From: Acidimicrobiia bacterium
GTDB lineage: Bacteria > Actinomycetota > Acidimicrobiia > Spongiisociales > ZC4RG35
Assembly: GCA_036446835.1 (NCBI GenBank)
Contig: JAZFTT010000234.1
Span: 1 to 35,850, forward strand
DNA length: 35,850 nt
Reading direction: 5' to 3'
The notes beneath the pieces are model-generated. The model was not told the DNA's origin. It did no database searches and worked only from the letters and a program-made list of their open reading frames with translations. Positions 26,737-34,328 of this stretch are shown here, piece by piece; position 1 is the first letter of the stretch; each line of letters begins with the position of its first letter. The translations under genes and the position numbers were made by a program.

Positions 26737-28091
26737 TTCAGCGCACCGAGTCTCGAGGCAAATTCTGTGTGGAAAAGAGTGATGTCACCTGCCCCCATGG
26801 TGAGCACGAGGTCCCCGTTGCCGACCTTCAGCAGGAGAAAATCGGCGAGATCGGCGCGGTGGGGCACGTAGTAGACCTCGGCGCCGGCCAACTTGGCCGC
26901 GTCGGCAACCAGTTCTCCGGTCACACCGGGCACCGGCGCTTCCCTCGCTCCATAGACGTCGGTGACCACGACCACGTCAGCAGATGAGAGTGCGGCCCCG
27001 AATTCGTCGCTGAATCGCTCCGTCCTCGAGTACAGGTGAGGCTGAAACACGGCCCAGAGCCGGCCCTGGGTAACCCCGCCGGCTGCCTCGAGAGTGGCCC
27101 TGACCTCTGTCGGGTGATGGGCATAATCGTCGAACAGCACCACCCCGCCCACCGTGCCACGATGCTCCCAGCGCCGACCCACTCCACGAAATCCGGAAAG
27201 CCCACGTGCCATCGCCTCTAGATCGTGACCAAGCTCAGCGAGAAGCGCCAGTGCTCCTGCCGAGTTGAGGGCGACATGTCTCCCAGGATGAGGCAACTCG
27301 ACATCGACATTTCCGTCGGGACCGGCCAACCGAAAAGTGCTTCCGGATCCCTTCCTCTGGAGATCTTCGACTCTCCATGCGGCGTCGAGCGACTGGCCAT
27401 AGGTCAGCGTCCCGACACGTGAGGCAACTTCGGCTGCTCCCCTGTCGTCGACACAAGCCACAACCGGCCCGGACACCGACTCTGCCACCGAGACGAAGCT
27501 ATCGATCAGATCCTGGGTTGTTCCGAAGTGCTCGAGATGCTCGGCCTCCACGTTGGTGACAACAAGACCAACGAGATGAAGGCTCTCGAAAGTGCGGAAC
27601 GCCTCATCCGCCTCCAGAACCAGCACGTCGGAGGATCCAAAGTGACCGTTCGTCCCCGATTCGGCAAGATCGCCGCCGAGGACAAACGAGGGATCCAGGC
27701 CTATCGACTGGAGGGCGGTGATCATCAGCGCGGTGGTGGTCGTCTTTCCATGGGTCCCGGTTGCCCCGATCGTTGGCACCTCGGAGGTAAGTGCCTCCAG
27801 AAGTTGGGGACGGCGCCACGTCGGTATGCCTCCCTCGGCTGCGGCAGTCAGTTCCTCGTCGTAGTCCGGTATCGCCGAGGAAGCAACAACCAGATCGGCC
27901 GATGCAGCCACCTCCGGATGGTGACCGGTAAACACGGCAACGCCGATGCCGGCCAGGGCTTCGAGGGTGGCGCCACCACGGAGATCGGACCCTGACACGT
28001 CGTATCCCTGGGCCACCAGAACCTTGGCAAGTGCGCTCATCCCGGCGCCGCCGGCGCCCACGATGTGTATTCGCTTGTAGGGAATGCTCAT
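26733..28091 (-). CDS. murC: UDP-N-acetylmuramate--L-alanine ligase
   Basis: HIVGAGGAGMSALA, GTHGKTTTT, EADE, DDYAHHPTE, FQPHLYSRT, TMGAGDI. Confidence 0.97.
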   Translation of the reverse strand: MSIPYKRIHIVGAGGAGMSALAKVLVAQGYDVSGSDLRGGATLEALAGIGVAVFTGHHPEVAASADLVVASSAIPDYDEELTAAAEGGIPTWRRPQLLEALTSEVPTIGATGTHGKTTTTALMITALQSIGLDPSFVLGGDLAESGTNGHFGSSDVLVLEADEAFRTFESLHLVGLVVTNVEAEHLEHFGTTQDLIDSFVSVAESVSGPVVACVDDRGAAEVASRVGTLTYGQSLDAAWRVEDLQRKGSGSTFRLAGPDGNVDVELPHPGRHVALNSAGALALLAELGHDLEAMARGLSGFRGVGRRWEHRGTVGGVVLFDDYAHHPTEVRATLEAAGGVTQGRLWAVFQPHLYSRTERFSDEFGAALSSADVVVVTDVYGAREAPVPGVTGELVADAAKLAGAEVYYVPHRADLADFLLLKVGNGDLVLTMGAGDITLFHTEFASRLGALK

Positions 28092-29167
28092 CGAGCTGCC
28101 TCGATCATCGTCTTGGCGATCGTTGCGGCCGCATCGGGTTTCGCTGTTCGCAGGGCTGAATCGCGCATCACCTCGAGGGAATCATCGTTGAAGAGGACGC
28201 TCTTGACGACATCGGACAACAGACCAATCTCGGACTCCGACAGGGTGACGGCCGCTCCAGATTCCGTCAGATAGCGGGCATTGCCGATCTGATGACCGGT
28301 CGAGCCGAAAACACCCGGAACGAGAATCGAGGGGGTACCCGTCACAGTCAACTCGGCTACCGCTCCTCCGGCACGTGATACGACAAGATCGGAGATCGCA
28401 TAAAAGGTCTCCATCGACTCTTCGAACCCAACCCTCACCCACTGGACACCCGGAGCATGCGAGAGCGGTTGATGAGCCTCGAAGTTTCGAGCACCTGTCA
28501 GATGCACGACCGCCATCGGAGGCCCGTCCCAATCGGCCAACATCGTCGAGACGGCCTCGTTGATCGCGCCCGCTCCGAGCGACCCGCCGAAGATACCGAG
28601 CACCCGGACGCCCGGCTCGATGCCGTAGCGGCTCTGCGCTTGGGCTTTGAGCGCATTACGATCGAACGACCAGAAGGGCTCGCGAACCGGGTTGCCGACC
28701 CACTCGGCATCCGGCAGACCAGAGGTTTGCGGGAAAGAGCCAAACGTTCGGAGAGCCCAACGGGTAGCGATGCGGTTGGCCAGGCCGGCTTCGGCATTCT
28801 GCTCCGAAACCAGCAATGGTATCTTCGCCTTTCTTGCCGCCATGCCCGCCGGGATCGTGACATAGCCGCCCATTCCGAGCGCGACCAGCACCGGCTCTTC
28901 AACAATGGCGCGATGGATTCGGTTCTTTGCCTTGCGAACCATGTTCGGCAGGAGGAGATTCTTTGGCGTGAGAGACCGCTGAAGACCCCGAAGCTCCACC
29001 TGTAGAAACGGAAATCCCTCCTCGGGATAGATCTTGACAGCAAGCCGGTCGCCACCCACGAAAAGGATCTCATCCCTTGGGACCCCAAGATCAATCAACG
29101 CCTCCCCTACCGAGAGACCCGGGAAGATGTGACCTCCCGTGCCGGCAGCGGCGATGAGGAAGGTCAT
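28088..29167 (-). CDS. murG: Undecaprenyl-PP-MurNAc-pentapeptide GlcNAc transferase
   Basis: AGTGGHIFP, GMGGYV, EQN...GLAN, GNPVR, GGSLGA, SRAG, HQ..NA; start trimmed to ATG 29167 (ATGA overlap with ftsW). Confidence 0.96.
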   Translation of the reverse strand: MTFLIAAAGTGGHIFPGLSVGEALIDLGVPRDEILFVGGDRLAVKIYPEEGFPFLQVELRGLQRSLTPKNLLLPNMVRKAKNRIHRAIVEEPVLVALGMGGYVTIPAGMAARKAKIPLLVSEQNAEAGLANRIATRWALRTFGSFPQTSGLPDAEWVGNPVREPFWSFDRNALKAQAQSRYGIEPGVRVLGIFGGSLGAGAINEAVSTMLADWDGPPMAVVHLTGARNFEAHQPLSHAPGVQWVRVGFEESMETFYAISDLVVSRAGGAVAELTVTGTPSILVPGVFGSTGHQIGNARYLTESGAAVTLSESEIGLLSDVVKSVLFNDDSLEVMRDSALRTAKPDAAATIAKTMIEAAR

Positions 29168-30327
29168 GGCTTTCCATGGACACCGCTTTGAGCGATGTTC
29201 ACAAGCACACCGAGTGCCGCCATCGAAACCACCAGGGCAGTCGACCCGAAGGAAACGAATGGCAATGCGATCCCCGTGATCGGAACGACCCCCAGCACGC
29301 CACCAATGTTCACCAGGGCCTGGAACGAGAGCCACACGGTGATTCCCGCGGCGACCATTCGACCGAACGGGTCGGGAGCACGGGCCGCCACCAGCCAACC
29401 GGCAAGCCCGAGGACGACGAACAGGCCAAGCACCGTGAGACCACCGACCAGACCCGTTTCCTCTCCGATGATGGCAAAGATGAAATCGGTGTGTGCGTTG
29501 GGAAGATAGAACCATCGCGCCCGACTCGCTCCGAGGCCGACGCCAAACAGCCCTCCGTTGCCCAACGCGTAGTACCCCTGGATCACCTGGTACCCGTCGC
29601 CGGATGAATCGGCGTACGGATCGAGGAAGGCGGTTATGCGATCGGCCCTATACGTTTCGGAGAATGCAAGGAGGGTGGCAGCAAGAATCGCGGCAAGTCC
29701 GAGGACAAACACATACTTCATCGGTGCGTCGCTGGCCATTATCACAGCGAGTGCTGCCGCTCCGATAACGATGAGGGTCCCCAGATCGGGTTGCATGATG
29801 ACTGCCAACCCCACCAATCCCAGGGTCGCCACCACAGGGACGATGAAATGACTGAACTGGTGGAGCAACTTGGTTTTGCGCTCGAGGACGTAGGCCAGCA
29901 CAAACACGATGGACACCTTGGCCACCTCGGACGGCTGGAAACTCACGAACGGAAGCGTCAGCCATCTTGTGGCTCCATTGATCTCGGTCCCGACCAGAAG
30001 AACGGCAACGAGGAGTCCGAGCGTGACAAAGAAAAATGGTATCGCGATCCGGCGATAGAGCCGGTACGGGACACGGCTGGTGATGAGCAGGGCAAGGGTG
30101 CCAATCCCGACTCCAGCGAGCTGGCGCTTGAAGAAGAAGAGACTGTCCTCGGTCCTGTCGAGAGCAACGGCCGACGACGCCGACTGAGTGGCGCCGAGGC
30201 CAACTACCACAAGCACCACGACCACCACCAGAAGTGTCGTTGCCGCCCTGTTGTTGACCCTCGCCAGTTCTGCTCTGTCTCGCGCGGCGGCTCGCACCCT
30301 GGCTATGGACGTGACGTTGGCCGTCAT
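29164..30327 (-). CDS. ftsW: SEDS peptidoglycan glycosyltransferase FtsW
   Basis: GATRW, FQPSE.AK, QPDLGT, LPNAHTDFIFAIIGEE.G, P.TGI.LPFVSFG. Confidence 0.97.
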   Translation of the reverse strand: MTANVTSIARVRAAARDRAELARVNNRAATTLLVVVVVLVVVGLGATQSASSAVALDRTEDSLFFFKRQLAGVGIGTLALLITSRVPYRLYRRIAIPFFFVTLGLLVAVLLVGTEINGATRWLTLPFVSFQPSEVAKVSIVFVLAYVLERKTKLLHQFSHFIVPVVATLGLVGLAVIMQPDLGTLIVIGAAALAVIMASDAPMKYVFVLGLAAILAATLLAFSETYRADRITAFLDPYADSSGDGYQVIQGYYALGNGGLFGVGLGASRARWFYLPNAHTDFIFAIIGEETGLVGGLTVLGLFVVLGLAGWLVAARAPDPFGRMVAAGITVWLSFQALVNIGGVLGVVPITGIALPFVSFGSTALVVSMAALGVLVNIAQSGVHGKP

Positions 30328-31619
30328 TGCGAGAGGCTTCCCATTCTTTGAGTGACCAACTCGGCGAAGCGTTCGCCACGCGCGGCGTAGGAGTCGAACT
30401 GGTCAAAGCTGGCGCAGCCTGGAGCCAGAAGCACCGTGTCACCGCTCACGGCCACCTGGGCAGCCATCTCAACCGCTATGTCCATAGTTTTTGCAAGTCT
30501 CCCCCGTTCGTCGGCAGTGGCCACGAGCCCCGGTCCCGCCTCACCTATGCCAATGAGAACTCGAACCCTCGGCTCGGTGGCAATCGGTGTCAGATCCAGG
30601 CCTTTGGGCAGACCTCCTGCGATCAGGATCACCGAGTCGTGTGCACGAATCGAGGAGAGGGCAGCATGGGGATTTGTTGCCTTGGAGTCGTCGATCCACC
30701 GGATTCCATTCGCCTCGTGGACAAGAGAACGTCGATGCGGTCCGGGTGAGTATCCGGTGGCACCCTTCACTACTGCCTCCTCCGTGGCCCCGATCCGCAA
30801 AGCCAAGGCCGCCGCCGAGGCGAGATTGGCCAGATGACTCGGGTCCCGGGATGTCAACTCGGTGATATCGATCACGACTTCTCCAACAACGAGCGCTCCT
30901 TCATGCACCCCGCCGCCCCCAACGGGAAGATGGGTTCCGGAGATCGGGTACGTCTCCGACGGGGCCGCCATCGCAAGTTCGGTGGCTCCCCCGTCGTCGC
31001 AGTCATAGACCAGAAGGTCGCTACTGGTCTGATTGGCGTAGATGCGTGCCTTCGACGATCGGTAGCTGTATTCAGACCCATGCCAGTCGAGGTGATCGGT
31101 GGCAACATTGGTTATCGCCGCGGCCTGCGGATGGAACGACTCGGTGAACCTGAGTTGGAAGCTGGAGACCTCCACAACCAGAGCGTCATATCCGTCATCG
31201 GCGAAGTCAGACAGCGGTGTTCCGATATTGCCTGTGGCGGGAGCGTTGAGACCCGAGGCGTCCAGCATGGCCGCCGTCGCCTCGGTAACACTGGTCTTGC
31301 CGTTGGTTCCGGTGATCGCGATCACCGGAACCTGCAAATGACGCCACGCATACTCGATCTCGCTCCACACCGGGATGCCCCATTCGAGAGCCTCGACGAT
31401 CGGCATGGAGCGCTCAGAGAAGCCGGGGCTCGCAACCACGACGTCAACGCCGTTCAGAAGCACCGGGTCCCAACCTCCGTTGGCGATGGCGAACCCCTCC
31501 GCCAGAGCCAGCGGAGACGGCTTCTCGTCGTAGATGGTGACCGAAGCCCCCTTTCTCCGTGCGAGACGACTCACAGCCAGACCCGAGACCCCGGCACCGA
31601 GAACGAGCAACCGGCTCAC
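30324..31619 (-). CDS. murD: UDP-N-acetylmuramoyl-L-alanine--D-glutamate ligase
   Basis: VLGAGVSG, SPG, ITGTNGKTS, GNIG, VEVSSFQL, DHLDWH, DDSKATN, LLAPGCASFDQF; real start GTG 31619 overlapping the mraY stop. The 810-aa ORF is a spurious upstream extension. Confidence 0.96.
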   Translation of the reverse strand: MSRLLVLGAGVSGLAVSRLARRKGASVTIYDEKPSPLALAEGFAIANGGWDPVLLNGVDVVVASPGFSERSMPIVEALEWGIPVWSEIEYAWRHLQVPVIAITGTNGKTSVTEATAAMLDASGLNAPATGNIGTPLSDFADDGYDALVVEVSSFQLRFTESFHPQAAAITNVATDHLDWHGSEYSYRSSKARIYANQTSSDLLVYDCDDGGATELAMAAPSETYPISGTHLPVGGGGVHEGALVVGEVVIDITELTSRDPSHLANLASAAALALRIGATEEAVVKGATGYSPGPHRRSLVHEANGIRWIDDSKATNPHAALSSIRAHDSVILIAGGLPKGLDLTPIATEPRVRVLIGIGEAGPGLVATADERGRLAKTMDIAVEMAAQVAVSGDTVLLAPGCASFDQFDSYAARGERFAELVTQRMGSLSQ

Positions 31620-32665
31620 AGGAGATCCGAGAGTCGAAGGAAGTCCCCATAGAAGAACCCGAGACCCAGAGCTACGCCGATGCCGGTGAGAATCCAGAAT
31701 CGGATCACGACGGTGGTCTCTGGCCAACCACCAAGATCGAAGTGAAAGTGGAGCGGCGACATCCGGAAGATTCGTTTTCCGGTCAGCTTGAAACTGGCGA
31801 CCTGGAGTATCACTGACAGCACCTCTGCAACGTAGATCCCACCGAGGACAGCCAACAAAAGATGGGTGTTGGTGAGAAGAGCCAGGGCAGCGAGCAGTCC
31901 GCCCACGGCCTGGCTGCCGACATCGCCCATGAATACTTTCGCCGGAGGGGCGTTCCACCACAAAAACCCGAGCAGGGCCCCGAACATCGCAGATGAGACC
32001 ATGGCGAGCTCGAGCGGGTCGACGCCCGCATAGAAATTCGGATTCCTGAACTGCCAGAAGGCAATCACCGTGTACGACGCGATCACCAACGACGACGAAC
32101 CGGCGGCGAGACCGTCCATGCCGTCCGCCAGGTTCACCCCATTGGCCGCTCCCGTGAGCATCAAGAGCACCCAGATGAAGAAGAAGGGCCCGAGGTCGAT
32201 CCCGAGTGGTCGGACGAAGGAGATTTCGGTAACCACGCCGGCGAGCGATGCGCCCCATGCGAAGAGCGCAGCAATCACCAACTGCAAACCAAACTTCACC
32301 GACCTCGACAAACCGAGGCTTCGTTTCCTCTTGTATTTCGCCCAATCGTCGGCAAACCCGACAAGAGCCATCCCGGTCAAGGCAAACACCACCAACAACC
32401 CACCGGGGCTGAACGGTCTCATCTCGAGGCTGAAACCGGTATCGGGACTCCATATCCGAATGTGCGCCAGGAGCCATCCGAAGATCGCAGCGCTCACAAA
32501 AACCACCCCACCCATCGTTGGGGTGCCCTGCTTGTGCGCGTGACCCTTGATGTCCTCCTGGACAAACTGGCCAATCTCCCGCCTGCGTAGGAATCGAATC
32601 GCGTACGGCGTCCCGAATATCGACGCTGTCAGGCCCACGGCCCCAGCAATCAGAAGGGGAATCAC
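31616..32665 (-). CDS. mraY: Phospho-N-acetylmuramoyl-pentapeptide transferase
   Basis: H..KQGTPTMGG, GFADD, NGVNLADGMDGL, WWN.PPAKVFMGDVGS, RMSPLHFHF; start GTG 32665 (VIPLLIAG). Confidence 0.96.
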   Translation of the reverse strand: MIPLLIAGAVGLTASIFGTPYAIRFLRRREIGQFVQEDIKGHAHKQGTPTMGGVVFVSAAIFGWLLAHIRIWSPDTGFSLEMRPFSPGGLLVVFALTGMALVGFADDWAKYKRKRSLGLSRSVKFGLQLVIAALFAWGASLAGVVTEISFVRPLGIDLGPFFFIWVLLMLTGAANGVNLADGMDGLAAGSSSLVIASYTVIAFWQFRNPNFYAGVDPLELAMVSSAMFGALLGFLWWNAPPAKVFMGDVGSQAVGGLLAALALLTNTHLLLAVLGGIYVAEVLSVILQVASFKLTGKRIFRMSPLHFHFDLGGWPETTVVIRFWILTGIGVALGLGFFYGDFLRLSDLL

Positions 32666-32832
32666 TAGTGGCCCGCTCCGCAAGTACGCCGACGTTTCGA
32701 CGGGCAGATGACGCCTCTCCCGGCGTCCTCCGCCTCGACGCATCTCGCCGATGCACCTTCGTTGTGCGTCCTAGGGAGCGACGCCCCTGCCCCGCCCAAA
32801 CGCGCTACCGGACTTACGCAACAGACCACTAG
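32665..32832 (-). mobile_element. MITE-like non-autonomous inverted-repeat element (168 bp, CTAG-bounded), folding as a long hairpin on the minus strand
   Basis: Ends CTAGTGGCCCGCTCCGCAAGT and ACTTACGCAACAGACCACTAG are 16/21 inverted repeats. Pairing continues inward about 55 nt per arm. CTAG occurs at both ends; excision leaving one CTAG restores murE-TAG/GTG-mraY overlap. No transposase ORF. Confidence 0.75.
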
Positions 32833-34328
32833 TCCATGCTCCTTGAACCGGGGGCGGAATCGGCGGACATCCGACGACGGCTCAAAGCTTCGCGAGCTAC
32901 TTCGCGATCATCGAATGGTCTCATCTCGTCCGCGATTTCTTGGTGCGACTCGTGACCCCGACCAAGGATCAGAACGATGTCACCGTCGTCAGCCGCATTG
33001 ATCGCCTTCGAGATGGCAGACGAGCGATCCAGATCCAGAATCGACTCTGTTGAAGGGTCAAGACCGGACACGACAGCATCGGCGATTGCCTGAGGATCTT
33101 CGGAACGGGGATTGTCAGTTGTGACCACGGCCAGGTCTGCTCGTGAGACTGCCGAGCCCATCAAAGGCCGCTTCGCCTGATCTCGGTCCCCGCCCGCCCC
33201 GATCAGCGCGATCACACGGCGCCCTCCCAGAGCCCGTGCTGTCGCAATTGCCACCGAAATCCCCTCGGGGGTGTGGGCGTAGTCGACAATGACCCCGACC
33301 GAATCATTCCCAGAGACGACTTCGAATCTTCCTGGGACACCTTTGAGAGATTGGAGTCCGGCGACCACCTCGTCGAAGCCGATACCGGCAGCCAGACCGC
33401 AGGCTGCTCCCAGCACTGCATTGTCTACGTTGAAGAATCCCACAACGGGAACCATCAGCTCGGCGGAGCCCCATGGTGTGATCAGTCTCAGCGACGTACC
33501 CTGCGAGGTCGGCACAATGTCGGCGTGGCGGATCTCGCCATCCGATCCGACGCGTAGAACAGAGCCGTGGAACGTCCGAGCGATCTCCTCTCCGACCTCG
33601 TCGTCGACGTTGACGACAGCAGTTCCCACTTCGTACTCATCAAACAGCCTCCGTTTGGCGCTCCGGTAGCTCTCCATGTCACCGTGAAAGTCGAGATGAT
33701 CCTGAGAGAGGTTGGTAAACGCAGCCACGGCAAAACTCGTCGCCGCGACCCGGCCCAGAACGAGTGCATGAGACGAGACTTCCGCGGAGACCAGCTCGGT
33801 TCCGCTGTCGCGCATCCGTGCCAGCAGTCGCTGAAAATCCGATGCCTCGGGCGTGGTGTGAATCGATCTGACGCCTTTGTCGCCGATGCAGGTATGGATG
33901 GTGCCGATAAGACCGGTCGTCAGCCCTGCCGATGACGCGATCGATTCGATGTAGTGAGTGACTGTCGTCTTGCCATTCGTCCCGGTGACACCGATCACCT
34001 TCATCGTCCGGGACGGATCACCATGAACACGCGCGGCTAGCGGCCCCAGAGCGCTCCTTGTGTCCGGAACAACAATCTCCATGACGCTCGATCCGGTCGG
34101 ATGATCCACACAAACGGCCGGCGAGCCGGCTTCCACGGCTCTGGAAATGAAGCCATGTCCGTCGACGATGGCGCCTCGAACGGCCACGAAGAGGATGTCC
34201 TCTCCGGCCTGGCGGGAGTCGTGGGTGACATCAACGACCGAAACCTCGGTTTGTCCTGTTTCTGGTGACACAAGATGCCCACCCACCACATCAGCGAGTT
34301 GCTGCACGCTGCTAGCGCTGATAGCCAT
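32829..34328 (-). CDS. murE: UDP-N-acetylmuramoyl-L-alanyl-D-glutamate--2,6-diaminopimelate ligase
   Basis: HDSR, GVTGTNGKTT, TTPE, EVSSHAL, FTNLSQDHLDFH, VDYAHTP, DNPR (diaminopimelate-type motif), GRGHE..Q. Confidence 0.97.
   Translation of the reverse strand: MAISASSVQQLADVVGGHLVSPETGQTEVSVVDVTHDSRQAGEDILFVAVRGAIVDGHGFISRAVEAGSPAVCVDHPTGSSVMEIVVPDTRSALGPLAARVHGDPSRTMKVIGVTGTNGKTTVTHYIESIASSAGLTTGLIGTIHTCIGDKGVRSIHTTPEASDFQRLLARMRDSGTELVSAEVSSHALVLGRVAATSFAVAAFTNLSQDHLDFHGDMESYRSAKRRLFDEYEVGTAVVNVDDEVGEEIARTFHGSVLRVGSDGEIRHADIVPTSQGTSLRLITPWGSAELMVPVVGFFNVDNAVLGAACGLAAGIGFDEVVAGLQSLKGVPGRFEVVSGNDSVGVIVDYAHTPEGISVAIATARALGGRRVIALIGAGGDRDQAKRPLMGSAVSRADLAVVTTDNPRSEDPQAIADAVVSGLDPSTESILDLDRSSAISKAINAADDGDIVLILGRGHESHQEIADEMRPFDDREVAREALSRRRMSADSAPGSRSMD

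Noticed and set aside
28088-29515. 475-aa MurG with N-terminal extension (similarly extended starts for divIVA, rluD, yggS, ccdA, nth, mraY)
   Set aside because: Extensions overlap neighbouring genes or repeat elements in another frame; downstream starts give normal lengths and stop/start coupling.
30324-32756. 810-aa ORF suggesting a MurD fusion or long N-terminal extension
   Set aside because: The first ~380 residues are an alternate frame over mraY; MurD motifs start at GTG 31619, which overlaps the mraY stop.
32666-32828. murF pseudogene remnant
   Set aside because: No Mur-ligase motifs seen in the translations available; the whole gap is explained by the inverted-repeat element.
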